Shown piece by piece: positions 21,156-30,652 of a stretch of 64,000 nt of DNA. Position 1 is the stretch's first letter. The number at the start of each line of letters is the position of its first letter. The DNA comes from an uncultured archaeon. Lineage in GTDB: Archaea; Thermoproteota; Bathyarchaeia; Bathyarchaeales; Bathycorpusculaceae. The stretch lies in assembly GCA_963782915.1 (NCBI GenBank), contig CAWALK010000022.1:96001-160000 (forward strand), written 5' to 3'. Below the pieces are notes generated by a model. It was given only the letters and a program-made list of their open reading frames with translations, searched no databases and was not told the origin of the DNA. Both the position numbers and the translations under genes were made by a program.

Positions 21156-21175
21156 TTCAACCCAAGGGAAAAGCC

Positions 21176-21508
21176 ATGAACGTTTGCCATTATAAATGTC
21201 TGCCAGAAAAAGAAGAAAACTGCTGCACAAAAACCACCATAATAAAACTAAACCCAAAAACTGACTCCAAATCCGCAACTGAACTCTTTGAAATGCAACC
21301 CACAGGCTACAGCCCCCTGCACAGCCATAAAGCGCAACATACAATTCTTGTACTGGAAGGCGAAGGCATAGTTTTTGACGGAGAAAAATCGGTGCCCCTA
21401 CACGCCGATGATGTAGTTTCTATAATGGCCAACGAACCCCATCAACTCAAAAACACAGGAAAAAAAGTGTTCAAATTCCTCGCCATAACCACCCAAACTA
21501 AAGAATAA
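21176..21508 (+). CDS. Cupin domain protein
   Basis: PLHSH...VLEGEG and NEPHQLKNTG motifs. Confidence 0.85.
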   Translation: MNVCHYKCLPEKEENCCTKTTIIKLNPKTDSKSATELFEMQPTGYSPLHSHKAQHTILVLEGEGIVFDGEKSVPLHADDVVSIMANEPHQLKNTGKKVFKFLAITTQTKE

Positions 21509-21593
21509 CACGCCATTCCCCTCAACCTCACTGTAGCTAAAAATATATGCTAGTTGTGACATCTAACTCTGGGTTCCAGAGGGGTTAAGTCCT

Positions 21594-22980
21594 TTGAAAT
21601 ATGACGTAATTATTGTAGGCGCAGGCCCAGCAGGCATCTTCTCAGCGCTAGAACTATCTGAAAAAACAAACCTAAACGTTCTCGTAATTGACAGAGGCGC
21701 AGATATTGATAAACGTAAATGCCCCTCTAAACGAGGCTTCGAATGTGTACATTGCGAGCCATGCTCTGTTCTCTCAGGTTGGGGTGGAGCAGGCGCTTAC
21801 AGTGACGGCAAACTCACATTATCCACTGAAGTAGGCGGCTGGCTAAACCAGTATGTTTCCAACAAAGAACTCCAAGCTCTCGTCAAATACTGTGACGAAA
21901 TATACATTAAATTTGGAGCAAGCAAAGAAGTCTACGGCGGCGAAAACGAGCAAGTAGACGAAATCGAACGCCAAGCATCCCTCGTTGGATTAAAGCTAAT
22001 TAAGCAAGAAGTCCGCCACATGGGCACCGACAGATGCCTTGATGTTCTAAAAGAAATGCGCGATTACCTCGACAGCAAAATCACATTCCTGCCAAAAACA
22101 GAAGTTAAAGGCCTCATCGCCGAAAACCACACAATCCAAGGCATCGAAACGGTTAGCGGCGAAAAAATCATGGCCAAATACGTCATCATCGCCCCAGGCA
22201 GAGGCGGCGCGGAGTGGCTACAAACCGAAGCTCAAATACGCGGCTTAAAAACCATCAACAACCCAGTTGACATCGGCGTCCGCGTTGAACTATTGGCTTC
22301 AGTCATGGAGAAACTAACCAAAGTCCTCTACGAACCAAAACTACTCTACTTCTCACGATCATTCGACGACCAAGTCAGAACCTTCTGCGTATCACCATAC
22401 GGCGAAGTCACCACCGAAAGCTACGACGGCGTCTTAACCGTAAACGGCGGTAGCCAAGCAGAAACAAAAACCCACAACACAAACTTCGCCATACTAGTCA
22501 GCACCCAATTCACAGAACCCTTCAAAGAACCAATCGCTTACGGCAAATACATCGCCAGACTCAGCAACCTTCTGAGCGGCGGAGTCATGGTACAACGCCT
22601 CGGCGACTTATACCACGGCAGACGCAGCACACCCAGAACGCCTCGCACACAGCGTCCTAACACCAACCCTCAAAAACGCCACCCCAGGAGACCTCAGCTT
22701 CGTCCTACCATACCGCTACTTAACCGACATCAAAGAAATGCTCGAAGCCCTCGACAAAATCGCTCCAGGAGTCGCCTCACCAGAAACTCTACTCTACGGC
22801 GTTGAAGTCAAATTCTACAGCAGCCACCTACAACTAAACAACTCTTTGGAAACCAAAATCCAGAACATGTTCACCATCGGCGACGGCGCAGGCGTAACCC
22901 GCGGCTTAATCCAAGCTTCAGCTTCGGGAGTTATCGTTGCAAGAGAAATACTCAAACGCGAAAAACTACTGAAGGCTTAG
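21594..22980 (+). CDS. NAD(P)/FAD-dependent oxidoreductase (COG2509-type), frameshift ~22630
   Basis: IVGAGPAG, GWGGAGAYSDGKL, VDIGVRVE, GDGAGVTRG. Confidence 0.9.
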
Positions 22981-22984
22981 TTAG

Positions 22985-23728
22985 ATGGCTGTGGCTGAAA
23001 ACATCCGTTGTTCGCATTGCGGTGCACCAGTGGAGTTTAAGCCAGGCGAACTCATCGCCACCTGCAAATACTGCGGCTTCACAACCGTCATTGAGACGGG
23101 TCAAGCCTTCAATTTCGAACATTCTATTCTCTATAACAGCTATAGCCCTGAGCAGATGGAGGGGTTAGTGCGTGATTGGATGCGCTCTGGCTTCATGAAA
23201 CCAGGAGATTTAGCTAAGAAAGCCAAAATCACCGAACAAACCCTCACTTATCTACCGTTCTGGGTGGTTTCTGTTGAAGCATCAACCAAATACAAAGGCA
23301 TCTTCGAACGCATCGCACCCCCGATTGTTAAAGAAGGGCAAATCGAAAAGAAATATGACTGGCTGGTTTTAGCTCGGCAAGCTTCCGATTTTCCAACCCG
23401 CGCCTACGACGTACCACTGGAAGGTAAGGTTCCTTATGATTTCCGAAAAATCGAAGGCTTCGCAAAATTACTTAACAGCGAAGTGGATAGGGAACAAGCT
23501 ATCGAGATGGCACGGCAGCAGATTGATGTGCATCACCGTTTTCTGCTCCAAGAAGACATCGACCGCATCGTCGAAGCCACCACTACTTTGACTCTTAAGC
23601 AGATGGTGTATTTGCATGCACCCGTCTGGTTCATACGCTATGAGTATAAGGGCAACAATTATCAGATGCTGGTTGACGGCGCTAAAGGTATGGTTTTGAA
23701 GGGCGATATACCTAACAGGAAATTCTGA
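22985..23728 (+). CDS. Zn-ribbon protein (YdjG-like)
   Basis: CSHCGA...CKYCG, YLPFW, PVWFIRYEY...VDGAKG. Confidence 0.7.
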   Translation: MAVAENIRCSHCGAPVEFKPGELIATCKYCGFTTVIETGQAFNFEHSILYNSYSPEQMEGLVRDWMRSGFMKPGDLAKKAKITEQTLTYLPFWVVSVEASTKYKGIFERIAPPIVKEGQIEKKYDWLVLARQASDFPTRAYDVPLEGKVPYDFRKIEGFAKLLNSEVDREQAIEMARQQIDVHHRFLLQEDIDRIVEATTTLTLKQMVYLHAPVWFIRYEYKGNNYQMLVDGAKGMVLKGDIPNRKF

Positions 23729-23794
23729 TTTCGCTAACCTTTAAAAGCAAGCGTTTTTTATTAAACGGATTGCAAAACGTTGAGGAATTGAGAA

Positions 23795-24334
23795 ATGAGC
23801 GAAAATAAAGATGTTTATGCCCAAGCGAAAAGCCAAATGAGGCTCTCCGAGCGCATCGCGGCTGCGCTTCCAGGTTTCCGTGGTTACAAGGAAAAGGAGC
23901 TTCGCCGTGAATCAGACAAACTAATCAGAAACCATCTCTACCTCAAACTCTCCAAAGACAAAGATAATGTCAGGAGCATCTCTCAGAGGATAGCGGATAA
24001 ACGTTACTTAGATGTTCTAGCTGATGTTGACCGCTTAACTGCCAAGATGGATCGCATCACTGAAAAAGTGAACCATGCATCATATGGTTACGCAGGCTTC
24101 TACGACATAGTTAAAATCAAGGAGGAAAACCTTGACCGCATGATAGCGTTCGATAATCAGCTAATCGACGGCGTCAACGCCTTATCCGATTCAATCGATG
24201 CCTTCAAGGCACAACTGCTGGGCGGCGACTACTCGAACCTTAAAGATAAAGTTCAAAGCGTAACTGACAAGCTGGAATTGCTTGAAGATACGTTTGATAA
24301 AAGACAAGAAGTAATCATGGGAGTGACAGCTTAA
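23795..24334 (+). CDS. Conserved all-helical/coiled-coil hypothetical protein
   Basis: LPGFRGYKEKELRRESDKLIR, ASYGYAGFYD; TAATG overlap with the next gene. Confidence 0.75.
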   Translation: MSENKDVYAQAKSQMRLSERIAAALPGFRGYKEKELRRESDKLIRNHLYLKLSKDKDNVRSISQRIADKRYLDVLADVDRLTAKMDRITEKVNHASYGYAGFYDIVKIKEENLDRMIAFDNQLIDGVNALSDSIDAFKAQLLGGDYSNLKDKVQSVTDKLELLEDTFDKRQEVIMGVTA

Positions 24335-25314
24335 TGCCACAAGTTATAGAATGGACAAATGTTGGCGCAGACGATATAGTTTGGCGCTACCCCAACGAAG
24401 ACATCACATGGGGCGCACAGTTAATCGTACACGAATACGAGATGGCGGTGTTCTTCCGAGACGGCAAAGCCTACGACATATTCGAAGCAGGCAGACACAC
24501 ATTAACCACCCTCAACTTGCCATTACTAACAAGCCTACTGACAAGGCTGGCTGGTTTTGGCGGCAACAAACCCTTCAAAGCCACAGTGCTATTCATCAGC
24601 AGCAAAGTCTTCGCTGGCAAATGGGGAACACGAGCCCAAACCACAGAACTCGCCCCACTACAAGCATATGGGCAATTCTGGTTCAAAGTCGGCGACGCAA
24701 CCCTATTCGTTAACGAAGTAGTCGGCGGACAAAAAGCCTACACAACAACGGACGTAAACAATTACCTACGCGGCTTCCTTAACGAGAAAATAATCGATGA
24801 ACTCAGCCACTACGACCTCGTCTCAGTCTTCACAAAACTAGATGAAACCAGCGTTATCGTCAAAAACACCATCATGGATTACTTCAAACGTGTCGGCGTA
24901 GAATTAACTGACTTACGCTTCGAAGGCATAGATACCACACCCGAATACCGTGAACGACTCTTCTGGCTCAAAACAGGACAAACCGCACCAGGCGACGTAC
25001 TACGCATGGAAACCGTCAAATCCGCAGCAGCAAGCCTCGGACAAGGAGGCGGCGGAGCAGGAGCACTCGGCGCAGGCATGGTCCTCATCCCACAAATCAT
25101 GAACCAACAAGGCGCACCACAAGCAGCCCCAGCAGCAGCACTGGTAATCTGCCCCAAATGCGGCGAAAAAGTGCCAGCTACAAGCAAATTCTGCCCCAAC
25201 TGCGGAACCAACCTCACACCACCAACACAGCAAACCATGACATGCCCCAAATGCGGCAAAACCATCCCAGCCAACAGCAAGTTCTGTCCCGAATGCGGAA
25301 ATAAAATCGGTTAG
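24334..25314 (+). CDS. SPFH/Band-7-like (YdjI-type) protein with C-terminal double zinc ribbons
   Basis: IVWRYP, QLIVHEYEMAVFFRDGK, GRHTLTTLNLP, KWGT; four CPxCG motifs. Confidence 0.88.
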   Translation: MPQVIEWTNVGADDIVWRYPNEDITWGAQLIVHEYEMAVFFRDGKAYDIFEAGRHTLTTLNLPLLTSLLTRLAGFGGNKPFKATVLFISSKVFAGKWGTRAQTTELAPLQAYGQFWFKVGDATLFVNEVVGGQKAYTTTDVNNYLRGFLNEKIIDELSHYDLVSVFTKLDETSVIVKNTIMDYFKRVGVELTDLRFEGIDTTPEYRERLFWLKTGQTAPGDVLRMETVKSAAASLGQGGGGAGALGAGMVLIPQIMNQQGAPQAAPAAALVICPKCGEKVPATSKFCPNCGTNLTPPTQQTMTCPKCGKTIPANSKFCPECGNKIG

Positions 25315-25325
25315 GACCACCAGAA

Positions 25326-25677
25326 ATGAGTAGTGAAAGCAATCGGAATCTGTTAACGATCGGTGTCTTTTTCCTCACCATTGTAGTGGCGATACTGCTC
25401 TACGTGGCGGCGGTTATCACCGATTGGGTACTGATTGTGCCGTTGGTTTTCCTGTTCAACGGGCTGTGGCTGCTTGCGTTAGGCGCGATTCGGATGGGTA
25501 AACCCGTCAAGTATGAACGCAGCCCATTCAGCACCATGGCACTTGGGCTTAGCTGCAATCGCTGTGGGCGGAGCATGGTTCCTGTTCAGCTTCAACTGGA
25601 TTTACTCGCTCGTCGTGATCCTGCTGGTCGTTGCGGCATTAGCAATCGCAGCAGCATTCCAACGCCAACACAAATAA
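25326..25677 (+). CDS. Small 4-TM membrane protein (frameshift ~25548)
   Basis: Hydrophobic helices continue in the shifted frame (AIAVGGAWFLFSFNWIYSLVVILL). Confidence 0.7.
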
Positions 25678-25754
25678 TCTCTCGCTGAGCCGCTTTTTTG
25701 GCTCTAAACATTTTTCTATACCCCTGCATAGTCTTTTGGCAGAAGGCAAAATTG

Positions 25755-27381
25755 ATGAGCGAAGAAACCGTCGGCATGGGCACATGGTATGACATGATGG
25801 CTAAGAAAGTCATCGAACGCGAACAATCACTGAAACGCGACATGAGTAGAGTCCGCACTGAAATGGGCTTGGGCGCATCGGGTTTTCCACACATCGGAAG
25901 CTTAGGCGATGCATCCCGCAGCTACGCAGTTACGTTGGCGCTCAAAAATCTGGATTGCAATTCTGAACTTGTTGCCTTCTGCGACGATAAAGACGGGTTA
26001 CGCAAAGTCCCCGCTGGATTACCAGCAGACATAGCCCAGAATTTAGAAAAATATCTCGGTTACTCCGTTTCCACGATTCCTGATCCGTTCGGTTGCCATG
26101 AAAGCTACGGCAAACACATGAGCTCACTCTTGCTGGAAGCCCTCGACAAATGCGGCATCGAGTACAAGTATTACTCAGCCAAAGAAGTCTACGACAAAGG
26201 CTTACTCCTAAACGAAATCAGAACCATTCTAACTAACGCCAAAAAAGTAGGCGAAATCATCAAAGAAGAAGTAGGACAAGAAACCTACGGCGAAGTACTG
26301 CCGTTTTTTGCAGTTTGCGAAAAATGCGGCCACCTCTACACCACACGCGCCTACAAGTTTGACCCCAAAACCGACAAGGTCACCTACAGATGTGAAGGCC
26401 TCGAAATCAAAGGCAGGCTCATAGCTGGCTGCGGCCACGAAGGCGAAGTTGACATAAAAAGCGGCCAAGGCAAACTAACATGGAAAAGCGAATTCGCCGC
26501 ACGCTGGAAGGCACTTGACATCCGCTTTGAAGCATATGGCAAAGACATCGCTGATTCCGTGCGCATAAACGACCGCATCTGCCGCGAAGTCCTCGAATTC
26601 GAGCCCCCATCACATGCAGCATATGAAATGTTCCTCGACAAGGGCGGCAAAAAAATCAGCAAGTCGGCGGGTAACGTGTTTACACCGCAAGTCTGGTTCA
26701 ACTATGGCTCACCCCAATCACTACTACTGCTCATGCTCAAACGCTTCGTTGGCACACGTACCCTCGACGTCTCAGATATTCCAGCTTACATGAATGAACT
26801 CGACAGCCTCGAAGACGTCTACTTCGGCAAGAAACAGGTCGGCGAAAAAGAAGCCATCCGCCTCAAAGGCCTATTCCAATACTGCTACGTCATGAAGCCA
26901 CCAACCAAACCCAGCATACACGTCCCCTACAACCTCATGGCATTCCTAGTCAAAATGGCACCCAAAGACTCCATAAACGAGTACGTTGCCGAGAAGCTGC
27001 AAAGCTACGGTTACCTGCAAAAAGGCCAAGCCATCGATGCAGCACTGCAGACAACGCATAGAATACGCATTGAATTGGACACGGGACTTTGAAGAAATCA
27101 AAGAAACCTCTGTGGAACTAACCGCTGAAGAAAGAAAAGCCCTAACCCAATTAGTGCCAAACCTGCAAACCGAAGAAGACCCAGACAAAATCCAAAACGC
27201 CATATTCAACGCAGCCAAAGACAACGGCATAAAACCCGGCGCATTCTTCAAAGTGCTCTATCAAATATTGATGGGTGCACCCCAAGGGCCACGCCTCGGA
27301 CCATACGTGTTAGCTATGGGCAAAGGTAACGTTATAGCTGCATTGGAACGGGTGTTAAGCGGCAAAAAAGAAGAATCCTAA
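25755..27381 (+). CDS. lysS: Lysine--tRNA ligase, class I (frameshift ~27050)
   Basis: SGFPHIGS (HIGH-like), DGLRKVP, KISKSAG, GPRLG. Confidence 0.95.
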
Positions 27382-27405
27382 TTTTTTTAAAACCCAAAAA
27401 GGGGT

Positions 27406-27636
27406 TTAGGTAAGCGCTGTGATCTTGTTTGCAAGTTCCTGCGCTTTAGCTGGAGCAATCAAGAGTCCAGCGGAGGTGCTTACCCATTTGGCTAATTCTG
27501 GCAGATGCTGCTTTTCCAGTGCGGCGAAGTTTAAGCCGTTCATGTGGGCGGATGTTTGGCGTTCGAGGAATTTTTGTGAAGCTGGACCAATGTAGGCGCT
27601 GGTGAGTTTGAGGATTTTATCGGATAGTTCCGTCAA
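27406..27636 (-). CDS. Small helical protein coupled to HAMP receptor
   Basis: 76 aa, YIGPASQKFLERQ motif; its RBS (GAGGA) overlaps the upstream stop. Confidence 0.75.
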   Translation of the reverse strand: MTELSDKILKLTSAYIGPASQKFLERQTSAHMNGLNFAALEKQHLPELAKWVSTSAGLLIAPAKAQELANKITALT

Positions 27637-27646
27637 TGCTGATTCC

Positions 27647-28465
27647 TCATTGCTTGTCGGTTTGTTCTTGCTCGCTCATCATGAATTTGAGGCTTGCAAC
27701 CATGCGGCTGAATGATTCTGCTAAGTCGCCGATTTCGTCTTTTCGGTTTACGTTGACTGTTACGTTCATGTTGCCTTTGCTGATTTCTTCGGCTGTAGTG
27801 TTTAGTTTCTTGAGGTCTCGAATCATAGTTAGCGAGAAGTATCCGATGATTGCCGCAGCAAACAGGACGGAGGCTCCAATGATTAAGTAAATTGTGTTGC
27901 CGATGAAGTTTTCACGTTCAAGAACGGTTGTGGCGTCCATGTCGGCTCCGATGATTACTGTTTGGCCTGAGGTGGTTTGTATGGGTGCATAACCTGAGAG
28001 GAAGGAACCATATTCGTCAGTGTAGAGATTATCGGAGGCTGAGAGGCCGTTTACTGCCTCAAAGAGTCTAGCTTCGGGTTGCTCGTATTGTTCGCCTATG
28101 GCTACGGGGTCATCTTCGGCGTCATCCGCAAGGAAAGTAACTTGTTCGCCATTAATTTTCATGGCATATATGTTTACTATGTTGGGGCTTAATGCACGGA
28201 TAGACTGCATCTTCGCAATCAAGGCAGTGTACTCGGTGGTGTTTTCTTGTCCAGCTTGCATATTATAGATTGTTTGGGCTTCGGCTGGTGTAAACTGCTG
28301 CGCGATCATACCGATGGCGTTGGCCATGTCGTCTCTTGTTGAGGCTAACATGGCGTTTTTGGTTTCGTTGTAGGTGTATAGGAAAGTGGCTGCGGATACG
28401 AATACAATTAGAATTAGAAAGCTAGCTATTAGTTTAGTTTGTAAACTATGGATTATTTTGACCAT
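27647..28465 (-). CDS. Membrane sensor (TM - Cache-like - TM - HAMP) without output domain
   Basis: Two TM helices, YTDEYGSFLSGYAPI, HAMP EISKGNM...RKDEIGDLAESFSRM, stop about 15 aa later. Confidence 0.85.
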   Translation of the reverse strand: MVKIIHSLQTKLIASFLILIVFVSAATFLYTYNETKNAMLASTRDDMANAIGMIAQQFTPAEAQTIYNMQAGQENTTEYTALIAKMQSIRALSPNIVNIYAMKINGEQVTFLADDAEDDPVAIGEQYEQPEARLFEAVNGLSASDNLYTDEYGSFLSGYAPIQTTSGQTVIIGADMDATTVLERENFIGNTIYLIIGASVLFAAAIIGYFSLTMIRDLKKLNTTAEEISKGNMNVTVNVNRKDEIGDLAESFSRMVASLKFMMSEQEQTDKQ

Positions 28466-28663
28466 TTAATCGCCTTTTACAGCTTATCACGGGGAAAAAA
28501 TGTAATCAAGGTTTGTGCATCTGAAAGTTTACAGTCAACTATCCATGCAACCAAGCGTGCACCCAAAAAAGATTTTTGATAGGTAATTTGCTTCAACAAA
28601 AACCTTAACTTACATAATCCCATCATATTATTAGGCAAATTTTTGGTTAAATCGGAGGAATTT

Positions 28664-30283
28664 ATGGTTGAGTTATCCCCTAAACTAAAACCAACCAGCA
28701 AACTTCAAACAAGGGATAAAAAAGACAGTACCATAAACCAGTCTTCTTCTTGCATCACTTCTTTGGATAAGAACCGCCTCCAAGACATACTAGAGAATAT
28801 ACCGTCTGCGGTAGTTGTTTTCGAAAAACCCGATGGCAAAGTAATCTACGCCAACAAACGGGCCGTAGAGCTTCACGGCAAAAACCCCTGTGGCATCGCG
28901 CTAGAGAAACAAGCGCAGGATCTAAAAATTTTTTCTATGGAAGGAAAACCGTGCCAAACAGAAGAACTCTACACTTACAAAGCACTTTTTGAAGAAGAAA
29001 CCTTCCGAGGGGAACCCATAATTATCGAGCGCCCCGATGGCGAACGATTCATCGTTAACGTAAGCGCCAAACCACTCTACAATAAGAATGGAAAAGCCAA
29101 CGGAGCCATAGCAATCTTCGATGACGTAACAGAGCGGATGCAGACCCAAGAAGCGCTCATGGAAAGCGAAGGGCGTCTAAAGATGGCGCAGCAAATCGCC
29201 CAAATGGGCAGTTGGGAATACCATGTTAACGAGGACAGGGCAATCTGGTCAGAAGAACTATTCCGCATTTTTGGTCTTCCAATCCAAAAGTACGGTCCAA
29301 ACATCAAAGAATACTTCTCAATAATTCACCCTGAGGATCGCGAAGCTATAAACAAAGCTATGGCACTACAAACAACTGGCCACTTGTACTCTAAGGCAAG
29401 TTTTGATTACCGCATACTATGCCAAGACGGTTCCGTTCGAACGATTCATACGGAGCGTATGGTACGGGAAGTGGATGAAGCCCAAAAAGTTACTGTAATC
29501 GCTGGAATTGAACAGGACATAACTGAGCGTAAGCAGATTGAGCAAAAACTTGAAGAATACACCAAAAACCTTGAGCAATTGGTAGAAGAGCGGACTAGAC
29601 AGCTAAAAGATGCTGAGCGGTTGGCGGCTATCGGTCAAACTGCAGGCATGATTGGACACGACATCCGCAACCCCTTGCAAGCTATTACGGGGGAGCTTTA
29701 TTTGATGAAACAAGACATAGATGATTCGCCTGATAGCAAATGTAAACATGATGTGCAGGAAAGTTTGGGTTCTATACAAGAGCAAATTGATTATGTGGAT
29801 AAGATTATTGCGGATTTGCAGGATTTTGCTAGGCCGCTTAAGCCTGAACAGGTAGAAGTGGATTTATGCACCGTGATTCCCCAGTTGGTGGCAACAGTCA
29901 AAGTGCCCAGCAATGTTGAATCCCGCACTGAATGCGACCGTCTATTGCCAAAGGTCAAGGTGGACTTGACTTTTCTCAAAAGGGTCCTTGTGAACTTGAC
30001 GACTAACGCGGTTCAGGCGATGCCAAACGGCGGCAAATTAACCATAAAAGCCATCCAACAAGACAGCAACGTCATCATAACAGTCACCGACACAGGCAGC
30101 GGCATCCCAGACGAGATTAAACCAAAAATTTTTCAGCCACTAATGACCACCAAAGCCAAAGGCCAAGGCTTCGGCTTAGCAGTAGTGAAACGGTTGGTTG
30201 AAGCTCAGGGCGGCACTATAACCTTTGAAAGCAAAGTCGGCGAAGGGGCACAATTCAAAATAACGTTCCCAAAAACAGCTTAA
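28664..30283 (+). CDS. Cytoplasmic PAS-PAS sensor histidine kinase
   Basis: PAS motifs (DVTER, GSWEY, DITERK), H-box GHDIRNPL, NAVQAM, DTGSG, GQGFGL. Confidence 0.93.
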   Translation: MVELSPKLKPTSKLQTRDKKDSTINQSSSCITSLDKNRLQDILENIPSAVVVFEKPDGKVIYANKRAVELHGKNPCGIALEKQAQDLKIFSMEGKPCQTEELYTYKALFEEETFRGEPIIIERPDGERFIVNVSAKPLYNKNGKANGAIAIFDDVTERMQTQEALMESEGRLKMAQQIAQMGSWEYHVNEDRAIWSEELFRIFGLPIQKYGPNIKEYFSIIHPEDREAINKAMALQTTGHLYSKASFDYRILCQDGSVRTIHTERMVREVDEAQKVTVIAGIEQDITERKQIEQKLEEYTKNLEQLVEERTRQLKDAERLAAIGQTAGMIGHDIRNPLQAITGELYLMKQDIDDSPDSKCKHDVQESLGSIQEQIDYVDKIIADLQDFARPLKPEQVEVDLCTVIPQLVATVKVPSNVESRTECDRLLPKVKVDLTFLKRVLVNLTTNAVQAMPNGGKLTIKAIQQDSNVIITVTDTGSGIPDEIKPKIFQPLMTTKAKGQGFGLAVVKRLVEAQGGTITFESKVGEGAQFKITFPKTA

Positions 30284-30368
30284 CACTGGCTTTTGGGACC
30301 ACTATTTTTAAGTTCAAGCTCCGTATTTAGTATTCTGCCCTTTTATTTTGGGGCGCAAAAGAATGTGT

Positions 30369-30447
30369 GGGCTCGTCGTCTAGTACGGATTAGGGCACCG
30401 GCCTGCGGAGCCGGACGTCAGGGGTTCAAATCCCCTCGGGCCCGCCA
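30369..30447 (+). tRNA. tRNA-Arg(GCG), CCA encoded
   Basis: GGGCTCG/CGGGCCC acceptor stem, CCGGC-CTGCGGA-GCCGG anticodon arm, AGGGG-TTCAAAT-CCCCT T arm. Confidence 0.93.
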
Positions 30448-30652
30448 CTATTTTACTTATTGCAGCATAGTTAAGCTCGGTCTAACTATCGTGTTGTATA
30501 TTGACAATTCTATCTTAAAATTAACCAAAGGTCCGTTTGAGTATTACTTGTGCCGTGTAATGGGCGCCTAATGCTGTTATGGCAAAATGTTTTATGCTAA
30601 TATATGCATAGAAAACAAGTGTGTTGCCCAACGCAGCTTTGAAGGTTTTATT

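Noticed and set aside
7300-27100. Programmed frameshifting or pseudogenisation in trpB2, lysS and others
   Set aside because: No shared slippery motif, essential genes affected, indels window-wide; sequencing error is more parsimonious.
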